A DNA stretch of 64,000 nucleotides. Source: an uncultured Nitrososphaerales archaeon (GTDB lineage Archaea; Thermoproteota; Nitrososphaeria; Nitrososphaerales; Nitrososphaeraceae). Position numbers and translations under genes: made by a program. Shown here one piece after another: positions 52,335-63,284 of the stretch; position 1 is the stretch's first letter, and each line of letters starts with the position of its first letter. The stretch covers positions 160,001 to 224,000 of the forward strand of contig CAVPXM010000063.1 in NCBI GenBank assembly GCA_963709405.1, in the 5' to 3' direction. Under the pieces are notes generated by a model. It saw nothing but the letters and a program-made list of their open reading frames with translations. It was not told the origin of the DNA and searched no databases.

Positions 52335-53735
52335 CTATCCTACTGAGCCTTCCATCTCCATCTTCACCATTCTGTTGAGCTCGACTGCATATTCCATTGG
52401 CAGCTCTTTGGTAAAAGGTTCCATAAATCCACCAACTATTAGCGACAAAGCGTCTGATTCCGTAAATCCCCTACTCATTAGATAAAAGATTTGATCATCG
52501 CCTATTTTTCCGACAGTCGCTTCGTGCGATACTGTTGCATCGTCTTCGTTAACCTCTACATATGGATATGTATCTGTTCTTGAGTTACCATCCAGTAATA
52601 AGGCGTCACACCTTACATTCGACTTTACTTCAGTAGCACCTTTTGCCACATGCAACAAACCACGGTATGTGGTCCTACCGGAATCCTTGCTCACAGATTT
52701 GCTTGTGATTCTAGAGGTGGTATGTGGAGCAAGATGCACTGCTTTTGCACCCGCATCTTGATGTTGGCCAGCCCCCGCGAAGGCTACGGATATGACTTCA
52801 GCATGGGAATTCTTACCTAGCATATACACACCTGGATACTTCATGGTGAGCTTACTGCCAAGGTTCCCATCTACCCATTCGACAGTAGCATTCTCATATG
52901 CGTATGCCCTTTTCGTTACTAAATTGTAGACATCCTTACTCCAGTTCTGGATCGTGGTATACCTTATCTTGGCCCCTCGCTTTGCGATAAGCTCTACAAC
53001 TGCAGAGTGTAGCGATTCTGTAGTATACACAGGTGCAGTACATCCCTCGATATAATGGATTTCTGAATTTTCATCAGCAATTATCAAAGTTCTTTCGAAC
53101 TGTCCTATGTTTTCTGCGTTGATCCTAAAGTATGCTTGCAGTGGTAATTCGACTTTTACGTTCGGTGGGATGTATATGAAAGAGCCGCCTGACCATACGG
53201 CACTATTTAGAGCGGCGAATTTATTATCTTCAGGTGGAATAACCTTTCCAAAGTACTTCTTCAAAAGTTCTGGCTGTTCTCTCACGGCAGTATCCGTATC
53301 AATAAATATTACCCCTTGTTTTTGTAAGTCTTCACGTAAATTGTGATACACCACTTCAGACTCGTATTGAGCTCCTACGCCAGCAAGAAACTTTCTTTCT
53401 GCTTCAGGTATTCCAAGCTTTTCAAAGGTATTCCTTACCGATTCTGGTACATCATTCCAATCCTTTCCTTGTTTTTCAGACGCTTTCGCATAGTAATAGA
53501 TATTTTGGAAGTCAATCTTCGACAGGTCACCACCCCACTTCGGCATTGGCTTACTCATAAAAATATCATAAGATCTTAGCCTAAATTCCCTCATCCAATC
53601 TGGTTCTCCCTTCAATTTACTGATTTCTTCTACTGTGCCCCGTGAAAGCCCCTTTTTACTGAGATAAACATATAACTCCGTAGAGTCCTTGAAATCGTAC
53701 TTACTGTAATCCATATTGAGTTCTTCTGTTGTCAT
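52335..53735 (-). CDS. sufB: Fe-S cluster assembly protein SufB
   Basis: [45 protein letters not shown]. Confidence 0.97.
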   Translation of the reverse strand: MTTEELNMDYSKYDFKDSTELYVYLSKKGLSRGTVEEISKLKGEPDWMREFRLRSYDIFMSKPMPKWGGDLSKIDFQNIYYYAKASEKQGKDWNDVPESVRNTFEKLGIPEAERKFLAGVGAQYESEVVYHNLREDLQKQGVIFIDTDTAVREQPELLKKYFGKVIPPEDNKFAALNSAVWSGGSFIYIPPNVKVELPLQAYFRINAENIGQFERTLIIADENSEIHYIEGCTAPVYTTESLHSAVVELIAKRGAKIRYTTIQNWSKDVYNLVTKRAYAYENATVEWVDGNLGSKLTMKYPGVYMLGKNSHAEVISVAFAGAGQHQDAGAKAVHLAPHTTSRITSKSVSKDSGRTTYRGLLHVAKGATEVKSNVRCDALLLDGNSRTDTYPYVEVNEDDATVSHEATVGKIGDDQIFYLMSRGFTESDALSLIVGGFMEPFTKELPMEYAVELNRMVKMEMEGSVG

Positions 53736-53880
53736 ACTAATTATATAACGCCGTTATGTTTTATATATATTTTGGGGCGCCACAATCACCTATCTATGTA
53801 CCAAACATATTTCATATTCAAATCCAATTAAATAATCCTCGTTCCAACCCCAAGTGTAACTAATCTCATAATCGACTTTT

Positions 53881-54723
53881 CTATGTTCTACTGCCTAGGA
53901 TAGATTTTGCTAGCTCGAACGTACCGCGTATCGTGTGTTCCGAGGGCTCTATGCAAGAAATATTCCTTTCCATGAGTTCCCTCGTTGTTAGCGGTCCAAT
54001 AGATATCATGGCTGTAATGGGTTCTAAGAATTGGTCGTAATCATCATAAAAATTATGCAAAATTTCAAAAAATGAGATAACTGATGAGCCACTAGTAAAA
54101 ATAATTGCATCTATTTTCTTCTCCTTCAAAAGAATTGCGAATTCGTTCCATATTTCACTTGGCCCGGTCGTTTTCGTCGTGTATAGAAATAGTTCCTCTA
54201 CGTTCAGGCCGAGATTTGACAAGGATCTCGTAACAAAGTCATTTGACATCCCACTTCGAGGAATTATCACTTTCATTCCAGGTGTGTAATCTAGCTTCCG
54301 GAAAAGGGCAACTATCCCTTCAGAGGAATAATTTGTAGGAATTAGCCGAACTGAAATCCCGTACTTCTCTAGCGAACTCTTCGTCACTGGTCCCTGTGCG
54401 ACGACATTTTTGGCGTTTAAAACTGATACCATCTTTTCGATCTTGCCATATTTTATAGCATACTCACAAAGTACTCCCACAGCTTGCGCGCTCATAAACA
54501 TGCACAAATCATATTCACTGGCAAGGATAATCCTAAGTGCTTGTTCAATAATCTGCAAACTTGGAACGATCTCAATTGTTGGTAACGCTATTGCCTTTCC
54601 ACCTGCAGATGTCACTAAAGCTACAAATTCTTTGGCATCAACAGTTTTTCGTGTAATTGCAAGAGTTTTGTTTTCCAGCAGATCTCGTTCTATCAAAGTA
54701 GTATCATCTAGTGAACCATTCAA
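53881..54723 (-). CDS. hemD: Uroporphyrinogen-III synthase
   Basis: AITR, GPVT, YTT, FTSGSSV, SIGPLT. Confidence 0.9.
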   Translation of the reverse strand: MNGSLDDTTLIERDLLENKTLAITRKTVDAKEFVALVTSAGGKAIALPTIEIVPSLQIIEQALRIILASEYDLCMFMSAQAVGVLCEYAIKYGKIEKMVSVLNAKNVVAQGPVTKSSLEKYGISVRLIPTNYSSEGIVALFRKLDYTPGMKVIIPRSGMSNDFVTRSLSNLGLNVEELFLYTTKTTGPSEIWNEFAILLKEKKIDAIIFTSGSSVISFFEILHNFYDDYDQFLEPITAMISIGPLTTRELMERNISCIEPSEHTIRGTFELAKSILGSRT

Positions 54724-55498
54724 GTTTATTGCATAAGGAAGTGACTTCTCCTATAACAATGATGCCCGGAGGACGTATTTTCGCCTTTTTAACTTTTGAT
54801 ACGATATCTTTCAAGCTTCCGTACACGTATCTTTGTTTGCTTGTAGTTCCAGATTGGATCACGATAACACCTGTCATCTTACTTAATCCGCTATCAGTAA
54901 GTCTTGCAATGATTTGTGGCAAGCGTTCCATACCCATCAGAATAACAATTGTATCGACTGCTTTGGCCAACTGTTCCCAATTTGTTCCTGTCCGTTCTTT
55001 CTCTGGATCTTCATGTCCGGTAGTAATCGCAACAGAGGATGAGTATTTTCTGTGTGTTAAAGGCACACCAGCATAGGCCGGAGAAGCCAGAGCTGAAGAT
55101 ATTCCCGGTACTATCTCGAATCTTATCTTTTTGCTTCGCAAGAATTCCGATTCTTCTCCGCCCCTTCCAAAAATGAACGGGTCGCCGCCTTTGAGTCTTA
55201 GCACCTTTTTTCCGTGCCTAGCGTACTCCATCATTACTTTGTTTATATAGTCCTGTTGCCCTGAAGACCCGACTGATTTGCCCACATTTACTTTTTCTGT
55301 ACCTATTGGGATCTGGTTAATAATTTCTACACTAACTAATCTATCGTAAAGCACTACATCACAGCTTTTTAAAAGTTCCATACCTCGTACTGTGATTAAT
55401 TTTGGATCTCCAGGGCCAGCGCCACAAATGTACACAACACCTTGATCGCGTCGCATATTCATAATCTCATATTCCATTGTTTGATCGCCTTCCGCCAC
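54704..55498 (-). CDS. cobA: Uroporphyrinogen-III C-methyltransferase
   Basis: GAGPGDPKLIT, RLKGGDPFIFGRGGEE, VPGISS. Confidence 0.95.
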   Translation of the reverse strand: MAEGDQTMEYEIMNMRRDQGVVYICGAGPGDPKLITVRGMELLKSCDVVLYDRLVSVEIINQIPIGTEKVNVGKSVGSSGQQDYINKVMMEYARHGKKVLRLKGGDPFIFGRGGEESEFLRSKKIRFEIVPGISSALASPAYAGVPLTHRKYSSSVAITTGHEDPEKERTGTNWEQLAKAVDTIVILMGMERLPQIIARLTDSGLSKMTGVIVIQSGTTSKQRYVYGSLKDIVSKVKKAKIRPPGIIVIGEVTSLCNKLEWFTR

Positions 55499-56410
55499 TC
55501 GGTTGCCAGTCTCTCAACCCCTACACTATTGAGTCTATTTGCCAATCTAGTTCCGATTTCACTTGCCTGACCGACGAGCCCAGTTTCCTTCATCTTGATA
55601 TTCATCGAACCGTCTGAAGAAAAAACACTTGCGTATAAACTTAATTCACCTGTTTTAGGCCCAGGAATGGCTATGGCTCCAACTGGAAATTTGCAACCGC
55701 CATGTATCTTTTTAATCAAGGATCGTTCTGCTGCTGCTTGATGTCGGGAATCATAATCCTCTATTTTCTTTAAAGTTCTTATCAAGCCCAGATCCTCGCT
55801 CCTGCATATAATCGCAATAGTTCCCTGCCCTGGTGCAGGAACAAAGGTCCTAATACTAAATCTCTCTGATATATTAGTCTGCAATGAAAGCCTATCCAAA
55901 CCAGCTTCAGCAAGGATTATTGCGTCATATTCGCCGCCTCTAGATTTACCAATTCTTGTCTCGACGTTTCCCCTTATCGGCCTCACATTCAAATCACGTC
56001 TCTTTCGCATGACCTGAATAGCCTCTTCTTAAACTGCTCGTGCCGACTACTGAGCCAGTAGGAAGATCTTTAAGATGCAGTTTATGTGTGCTAACCAGCA
56101 CATCATTGGGCCTCGCCCGTTTAGGGATAGATGCTATGATTAATTCCTTAGACAATTCGCTAGGTACGTCCTTCAAGCTATGTACAGCAAAATCAACTTC
56201 TCCTTGAATCACCGATTGATCCACTTCTTTTTCAAATATCCCCTTTTCATCCATGGTAAACAACGGCCGCTTTTCTAAATCCCCCCTGGTATTGATTTTC
56301 ACAAGTTCGAACTCCATCGATGGATTTAATTTCAAGAGGGCGCCGACTACGAGCTGAGTTTGCTTAACTGCCAGCATGCTTGATCTTGTGCCGACTCTTA
56401 GTTTAGCCAC
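55459..56410 (-). CDS. hemC: Hydroxymethylbilane synthase, frameshift near 56022
   Basis: GTRSSMLA, AVHSLKD, GTSSLRR then IRGNVETR, PAPGQG, GGCKFPVG. Confidence 0.94.
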
Positions 56411-57705
56411 AATGGTTTCTAACCTCCTTTAAGGCCTGTCCGTAAGCTTCTACCGTCTTGTCAATGTCTTCCTCTGTGTGTGCATAAGAAACAAAACAAG
56501 TTTCAAATTGAGATGGTGGGATGAAAATATCCCTTTTCAACAACTGGTCATAAAGTCGTCTGAAGTTAATTTTATCACATTTCTTTGCACTGTTATAGTT
56601 ATTCACTTGTTCGGTGGTGAAGAACAATTGATACATCGATCCTATCGAATTAATTGCAAACTTGAATCCCAAGTCCATAGCCAGATCCCTTATGCCAACG
56701 ACCAAGCTCTCACATGCCCTTGTTATTCGTGGGTAAACCTCGTTACCTATATCAATGAGCGTTTCGATGGTCTTTAGAGCGAGCCGCCACTGAGATAGGG
56801 TTTCCTCCATAAGTGCTTGCTTGATAAACGTTACCTTTAGGAGATAGTAATTCCATTATGGCCTTCTTGCCGCATATCGCAGCTATGGGAAATCCGTTTC
56901 CCATGGCCTTTGCCAGAGTAACGATATCAGGTTTGATTCCAAAAAATTCACTAGCTCCACCTAACGAAAGTCTGAATCCAGTAACGACTTCGTCAAATAT
57001 TAAAATAATACCATTTTGCTGTGTAATCCTCCTAATCTCATTTAGATATTGCTTTTCAGGTATTACGAGTCCCATATTGGCCGCTACTGGCTCTACTATA
57101 ACCGCAGCGATATCCTCTCCGTTCCTTATCAAATCCTCGAGTTTTGAGATATCATTATAGTCAGTTATCAACGTTTGAGAAGCTATCGCTTCAGGCGTTC
57201 CATCTGATGCTGGTATTCCTTCATATCCATTGTTAGATGGTCGCACTAGACCATAATCGTGAGCTCCATGGTAGCATCCGTCTAGTTTTATGATCTTCTT
57301 GCGTTTTGTATAGGCTCTAGCTAGTCTGATCGCAGTCATTGTCGCTTCCATCCCTGTATTTAAAATTCTTGTCATCTCAGCAACTGGAACAACCTTTGAA
57401 AGTATTTCCGCCAAATTCACCTCGTTTTCAGTGGGAATGCAAAATAATGTTCCTTTGTCCAGCTCCGCTTTGATATAGTCCATTAGAGGCGGATAGGCAT
57501 GTCCTAACAATAATGCCCCGTAACCCATACAGTAGTCAGTATATGTGTTGTAATCAACCGTTACTATCTTACTTCCAAATCCAGAACGAACGAAAAAGGG
57601 GTATGGAGAATAAAAACGAACAGGACTACTTACACCAGATGGCATAACTTCAGCCGCCCTTCTAAAGAGTAATTCTGATTTGTCAGGCAAAGTAAATCTA
57701 TTCAC
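56403..57705 (-). CDS. hemL: Glutamate-1-semialdehyde 2,1-aminomutase, frameshift near 56781
   Basis: GVSSPVR, CYHG, EPVAANMG, FDEVVTGFR, STYGGNP then PPSQFE. Confidence 0.95.
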
Positions 57706-57755
57706 ATGCCCAAAGTAAATAATAGTATTGTGATTTTATCCGTAAGAGTACTTCC

Positions 57756-58763
57756 CTATAAGTTGCTCAGCAATGCAGCCATTCTCTTTGCATGATACGT
57801 TATTATGATGTCTGAACCCGCTCGCTTGATCGAGGTAAGAAATTCCGTCATCACGTTATTTTCGTTGATCCAGCCCTCGGTCGCCGCAGCTTTTATTAGA
57901 GAATACTCTCCCGAAACACTATAAGCGCAAATGGGTAGGTTGGTGTACTTTCGTGCTTGATAAATCAGATCGAGGAATGGAATCGCAGGTTTAATCATTA
58001 GTATATCTGCACCTTCTTTAATATCCAATTCTATTTCTCTGATGGCTTCTCTACTGTTATAAAATGGGAGTTGATACGATGATCTATCGCCGCTTCGCGG
58101 GGAAGATGAGGAAGCATCTCTAAATGGTGTATACAACGCAGAAGCATACTTAGCAGAGTAACCCATTATAGAAACATCAGAAAATCCATTTTCATCGAGA
58201 ACTTTTCTGATTTGTCCTACCTGGCCATCCATCATCGCCGACGGGGCTACAATGTCTGTTCCCGCTTTGGCGTGACTTAGAGCTACTTTTGCTAGGATCT
58301 CTATGCTCTTATCGTTATCTACGCTATCTCTTACGACAACACCGCATTGGCCGTGAGTGGTATACTGACAAAGGCAGACATCAGTAATGATTGCAATCCT
58401 GTCTCCAAAATTCTTACGTATAAGATCAACAGAACGTTGAACTATCCCGGTGCTTGAATATGCCGTATTGCCATCGTCATGTTTGTATGACGGAATTCCA
58501 AACAAGATAATACCACGAATTCCCAGGTCTATCACTTGTTGAATCTCGTTAATCAGGTTTGAAATAGGGATTCTCTGAATGTCGGGCATTGAATCGATAC
58601 ATACAGGTGTATCGATACCGTCTTGTACGAAAATAGGATAGATTAAGTCTCTAACGGACAGACGTGTTTCTTGTAATAATTCACGTATAGCAGCGCTTTT
58701 ACGCAGTCTTCTCATTCTGACCACTGGAAAGGCAGGATCGCAATAGAAATTATTTCTGTTCAT
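57756..58763 (-). CDS. hemB: Porphobilinogen synthase
   Basis: RMRRLR, DVCLCQYTTHGQCG, APSAMMDG, IKP, YSVSGEY. Confidence 0.96.
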   Translation of the reverse strand: MNRNNFYCDPAFPVVRMRRLRKSAAIRELLQETRLSVRDLIYPIFVQDGIDTPVCIDSMPDIQRIPISNLINEIQQVIDLGIRGIILFGIPSYKHDDGNTAYSSTGIVQRSVDLIRKNFGDRIAIITDVCLCQYTTHGQCGVVVRDSVDNDKSIEILAKVALSHAKAGTDIVAPSAMMDGQVGQIRKVLDENGFSDVSIMGYSAKYASALYTPFRDASSSSPRSGDRSSYQLPFYNSREAIREIELDIKEGADILMIKPAIPFLDLIYQARKYTNLPICAYSVSGEYSLIKAAATEGWINENNVMTEFLTSIKRAGSDIIITYHAKRMAALLSNL

Positions 58764-60036
58764 ATTTAAATAACTTGGATAGCAATCTTAATAGCTCATC
58801 CTGATCTTGTCCATCCGTATCGATTTCCCTTCTAATGTTATTCATCGGAGCTGCTAGGATTCCTTCAACCAGGGCATGAGAAAGCTGTTCTATTACCCTT
58901 CTTTCCACCGGGCTAATGCTATTTCCGAGGATTGAAAGTGTTTTATAAAGTTCACGTTTCCTAATCGTATCTACATTTTTAAATACAGAAACTACAAGTG
59001 GCTCTACTTTTTTTCTTTTCAGCAATATATCGACCGATTTCATCTCTGATTCTATGATCCTTTCTGCAGACACGATCTCCTTCTTTCGCAATCGAACATT
59101 TTTCTCCACTATCTCAGAAATCTGGTCCAAATTTATCAACTTAACTTTTCCAATTGCTGCTACACTCTCCTCTACCGTTCTCGGATTGGATAGGTCCAAT
59201 ATCATCATGCCCTTTTCTCTATTCTTCATTGCCGTCTCAATTCTGCTATTAGTGATAAGAAAGTAAGGGGCGGTAGTAGAAAGAAAAACCAAATCAATGT
59301 CCGATAGCGATTCAAGTGCATTATCGAAAGTTACAGGGTCGCCCGCTACAGTGGCTGCAAAGGATTTAGCTCTCTCAAACGTCCTACTCGTAACTTGGAA
59401 TTTAATTGCCCTCTGTCTCAAGGCCTTTGCAACTAAGCTTGCTCCCTCGCCTGAACCTATTAACAGGATTTTCTTGTCATTTAGACTGTCCAAATTCTCC
59501 TCGGCCAGGTTGACGGCCATTGACCCAATAGAAACGCTGCCTTTGTTCACACCCGTAGTACTCCTGACCCGACTCCCGACTTTGACCGCCTTATCAAATA
59601 TTATTGAAAGATCAGGACCGCCATAATGATTCGTACGCGAAAAATCAAATGCTCGTTTCATCTGTCCCAGGATCTGATCTTCACCTACTACCAATGAATC
59701 CAATCCGGCGGCTAATCTAAGCAAATGTGATACAACATCCTTACCGATACTGATTTCTGCGATTTGGGTGAATTCTTCTGTTGATAACCCTACTTTTGAT
59801 GCCCAAGTTTCTAACACTTTGCGTTCACTTATAGTCTCACTGGCACCGAAGACTTCAACCCTGTTACAGGTTTGAACTATAACGCATTCATCCAGCTCAG
59901 CTTGTTGTCTAAATGACTCATATGCTGCGTTCAAATCTTTAAATGCAAATCTTTCAAGTAGATGTACCGGTGCATTCCTGAACGTAATTCTAACATTCAG
60001 AACTTGTAAGTAATTGCTTATCGAAGTTGTATTCAT
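58750..60036 (-). CDS. hemA: Glutamyl-tRNA reductase
   Basis: QTCNRVE, GLDSLVVGEDQILGQ, IGSGE, DLSNPR. Confidence 0.96.
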   Translation of the reverse strand: MNTTSISNYLQVLNVRITFRNAPVHLLERFAFKDLNAAYESFRQQAELDECVIVQTCNRVEVFGASETISERKVLETWASKVGLSTEEFTQIAEISIGKDVVSHLLRLAAGLDSLVVGEDQILGQMKRAFDFSRTNHYGGPDLSIIFDKAVKVGSRVRSTTGVNKGSVSIGSMAVNLAEENLDSLNDKKILLIGSGEGASLVAKALRQRAIKFQVTSRTFERAKSFAATVAGDPVTFDNALESLSDIDLVFLSTTAPYFLITNSRIETAMKNREKGMMILDLSNPRTVEESVAAIGKVKLINLDQISEIVEKNVRLRKKEIVSAERIIESEMKSVDILLKRKKVEPLVVSVFKNVDTIRKRELYKTLSILGNSISPVERRVIEQLSHALVEGILAAPMNNIRREIDTDGQDQDELLRLLSKLFKYEQK

Positions 60037-60704
60037 TGAAGACGGTCATTACTCCATCTGTTTAGCAAATTAAGAGTAGCAACTCTGGCCTCTTCGATTT
60101 TATTTTCCTTGAGCATGGCCTGAATATGGTTATCGCCTTCTACACAATATAGAAATTCCTTTCTCTCCGTCACAGTCTCGATTTTTGATTTTGCTGCCTT
60201 CCTAGCAAATTCTTGCAATTTAGCCATCTCGATATCTGTTTTTTTTATCACTCTGCGCAATACCCGTTCTGCCCTTATTCGAATTCTGCGAGCCATGATG
60301 GGACTTCGACCGGAAGTTGACACTGCTATTTGCATTACATCCTCGATATTTATAATCGAAGCGTAGGAAAAATCGCTTACCGTCGGATCGTCTACTGCAT
60401 ATACGAAAGCACCCATCTTTCTGCCTTTCTCGACAAGCCGGCGATTCAGTTCCTTATCGTCCGTAGCAGCAATCACCAGAAAGATATCATCGTACGTATC
60501 AAGAACATCAACATCTCGCACCTTCGACATTATAGTCATTATTTCCCCTCTTGCTTCTAGGTCTTTCAGGTATCGGTTTAGTCTGGGACTCAGAACAATA
60601 ATCTTGCTGTTTTGTCCAATAAGGCCTCGAACTTTTCTCGTGCCCTCAGTTCCTCCACCAATAACGATAACCTTCTTATTATTTAGATTCAGGTCGACTA
60701 ACAA
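60033..60704 (-). CDS. sirC: Precorrin-2 dehydrogenase / siroheme synthase N-terminal (SirC/Met8 type)
   Basis: VIGGG, IAATDD, AVDDP, IAVSTSGRSP. Confidence 0.9.
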   Translation of the reverse strand: MLVDLNLNNKKVIVIGGGTEGTRKVRGLIGQNSKIIVLSPRLNRYLKDLEARGEIMTIMSKVRDVDVLDTYDDIFLVIAATDDKELNRRLVEKGRKMGAFVYAVDDPTVSDFSYASIINIEDVMQIAVSTSGRSPIMARRIRIRAERVLRRVIKKTDIEMAKLQEFARKAAKSKIETVTERKEFLYCVEGDNHIQAMLKENKIEEARVATLNLLNRWSNDRLQ

Positions 60705-60960
60705 CTATTGCACCAGAATTGAGGCAGTGAAAGTTATTCTTATCTTTATTTATTTGTTACATTATACAGAAGTGAAGCAATCCAGGGACGATAGCTCTTT
60801 GGCCCGCCCGCTATACAAATAATAATTCGCTAATTGGCATTTCCACATTAAACCTAATAGTGGGCATTGTAGCTACTATTATCGTTTTTCCTTGCTTCAA
60901 CTCAAGAACGACATTTGAGCTAATTTAATAGTCTTGATGCTCGTATTTTATTGGTAGCCT

Positions 60961-61950
60961 TTGGTCGAAGATAAGGAACTGAGACCCTTAGATTTGGGTA
61001 ACATAGAAGAGATAGGAACGACGACAAGAGATCGACTCGAATTAGCGGGATTCAGATCAATCAAGGATTTGGTTGTAAGAGGACCAGTAGATGTTTCTGA
61101 CGCTACAGGAATGGAAATTGAAAAGACTGTCAACATATGTAATAAGGCGAGAAGTATTCTAGAAGATCTAGGGGTACTCGACAAAAGCTTCATTACAGCA
61201 ACCATACTCTACGAAAAGCGTAAGAATGCTGAAAGAATTTCGACTGGTTCTGCAAATCTCGATGAATTATTTGGAGGAGGTATTGAAACCAACGCGATTA
61301 CCGAAATTTATGGGGAATACGGAACTGGTAAAACGCAAATATGCCATGTGTTAAGCACAATGGTATCTAGACCCAAATTAGAGGGTGGCTTAAATGCAAA
61401 AGTACTCTACATCGACACTGAAAATACCTTCAGACCCGAGAGGATAGTGTCAATAGCAGAGGCAAGAACAATGGATCCAGAGAGATCTCTTGAACATATA
61501 ATCGTCGCAAAGGCATATAACAGCGCTCATCAGGAATTAATTATCGAGCAAACTGGTCCAGTCATTGAAGATAATAACATAAAACTAGTCATAGTTGACT
61601 CCGCAGTGGCACATTATAGGGCCGAATTTTTAGGAAGGGCGACGCTCTCAGAAAGGCAGCAGCGACTAAATAAGTTCATGCATACTCTTATAAGAATTGC
61701 TCAAACGTACAACGTAGCTCTTATAGCTACTAACCAAATTCAGTCATCTCCGGACGCAATATTTGGTGATCCTTATAGACCTACAGGCGGGCATGTCGTT
61801 GCACACACAAGTACTTATCGTGTTTATCTTAAACGCTCAGGAAAGAATAGAATTGCGAGGATGGTAGACAGTCCATGCCACCCCGAAATAGAAACTCTAT
61901 TTACCTTATCAGAGAAAGGGGTGGAAGATCCTCAGCCAAATAGTAGATAA
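60961..61950 (+). CDS. radA: DNA repair and recombination protein RadA
   Basis: GEYGTGKTQ, IDTENTFRPER, VDS, ERQQ, GGHVVAHTST. Confidence 0.95.
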   Translation: MVEDKELRPLDLGNIEEIGTTTRDRLELAGFRSIKDLVVRGPVDVSDATGMEIEKTVNICNKARSILEDLGVLDKSFITATILYEKRKNAERISTGSANLDELFGGGIETNAITEIYGEYGTGKTQICHVLSTMVSRPKLEGGLNAKVLYIDTENTFRPERIVSIAEARTMDPERSLEHIIVAKAYNSAHQELIIEQTGPVIEDNNIKLVIVDSAVAHYRAEFLGRATLSERQQRLNKFMHTLIRIAQTYNVALIATNQIQSSPDAIFGDPYRPTGGHVVAHTSTYRVYLKRSGKNRIARMVDSPCHPEIETLFTLSEKGVEDPQPNSR

Positions 61951-61984
61951 TATTAAATTAAAGGCATATGGTAGTTAATCTGTC

Positions 61985-62287
61985 ATGCCCAAGTCACACG
62001 GTCCGAAGAGAAAGTCTCGCTCAATTTTAACTAAAAGTAAAATATCACACGGTATATCCTATCTCCTTATTAACTACAAAGCGGGTGACAAGGTTATCAT
62101 TGACATTGATCCAAGAGAACACAACACTATGCCTCATAGAAGATTTCAGGGTAAAGTAGGAACTATAACAGAAGTCGGAAAGAGGATTTTGAAGATTATA
62201 ATTTATGCTGGATCAAAGAAGAAGACTTTGCAGACCAGACCTAATCACGTTAGACCCTTACACAATGATGAGAAAATTTCCCAATGA
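61985..62287 (+). CDS. rpl21e: 50S ribosomal protein L21e
   Basis: SHGPKRKSR, MPHRRFQGKVG, RPNHV. Confidence 0.95.
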   Translation: MPKSHGPKRKSRSILTKSKISHGISYLLINYKAGDKVIIDIDPREHNTMPHRRFQGKVGTITEVGKRILKIIIYAGSKKKTLQTRPNHVRPLHNDEKISQ

Positions 62288-62616
62288 CTGATATTATTAA
62301 GAAGGAGGTTATTACCCTCCCAGAAGTAAAGGCATTGTTGGAAACTGTAAAACCTGAGGAGATGGATCAGATCCAAAGATGGACATACGATTATGTAGTT
62401 AAGTTTTCAAAATCAGACCATACGCGGTCTAATCAGATGAAAAAGGAAATGATAGAAAGATGCGACTTGAAAGAAGAAGAAGCAGCTGAAGTTATCAATA
62501 TATTACCTCAATCTCTAGAAGAATTGAGGGCTTTTACATTTGGTTGGAAGAAACTCATTCTTACAGAAAATCTAGAAAAAATATTGAATATAATTAAGCA
62601 AACTTCTGAAAGTTAA
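62284..62616 (+). CDS. rpo4: RNA polymerase subunit Rpo4 (RpoF)
   Basis: ITLPEVK...YDYVVKFSK...INILP.S.EELR; conserved rpl21e-rpoF-DUF655-ksgA order. Confidence 0.9.
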   Translation: MTDIIKKEVITLPEVKALLETVKPEEMDQIQRWTYDYVVKFSKSDHTRSNQMKKEMIERCDLKEEEAAEVINILPQSLEELRAFTFGWKKLILTENLEKILNIIKQTSES

Positions 62617-62654
62617 ATAAAAAGTTATTTCATAGTATTACTCGAGGAGATATT

Positions 62655-63284
62655 TTGTCAGATTCCCTGCCCAGGCGTTCTGAAGATGTTGTCGACAGAA
62701 GTTCAGAATCGAGCTCAGGTGGCTATCAACAACTGCCACAGAGGAAGTACGAAGAATACGCATACATTTTAGATTTCACACCCCGCGGCAAGTCCACTAC
62801 AGTTAGGGGCAGGGAAGGTGTAATCGTACAGTCAATTGGAGAAGAACACCTAACATTGTTAGAATTACTTGGAGATCAAAATGCGAATTTTGAGGTAGGC
62901 GAACGAGTATATATCGGTCGCGAAGGTCGTAGCAAGGTCATTAGTGTTCTTGGAAGGTTAGATTACGTCAATATATCTCAGTCTGCTAAATCTGAACTTC
63001 CGAGCATAGTTGAGAAGATAGTAACGTCTAATGAAAAACGATTCGTAGATTATATAAATATGGCACAGGCCCTTACTCCTAGGATTCACGCATTAGAACT
63101 GATTCCTGGAATAGGAAAAATCTATATGATGACAATTATTAAAAAACGCGAAACAAGAAAATTTGCGTCGTTTGCGGATATACAAGATAGAGTCGGCTTA
63201 AGAGATCCAGCAAAATTGATAGCTAAAAGAATTATTGATGAAATAACTGGCACATCAAGGATGAATCTATTTGTGAGAAAATGA
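62655..63284 (+). CDS. DUF655 family RNA-binding protein
   Basis: EEYAYILD, IGE..LTLLE, HALELIPGIGK, F.SFADI..RV. Confidence 0.92.
   Translation: MSDSLPRRSEDVVDRSSESSSGGYQQLPQRKYEEYAYILDFTPRGKSTTVRGREGVIVQSIGEEHLTLLELLGDQNANFEVGERVYIGREGRSKVISVLGRLDYVNISQSAKSELPSIVEKIVTSNEKRFVDYINMAQALTPRIHALELIPGIGKIYMMTIIKKRETRKFASFADIQDRVGLRDPAKLIAKRIIDEITGTSRMNLFVRK

Noticed and set aside
820-56790. Programmed frameshifting or true pseudogenes in cbiA, cbiC, argS, dph6, hemC, hemL
   Set aside because: No slippery sites, all are +1 insertions, and the rest of each gene is intact; artefact is more parsimonious.
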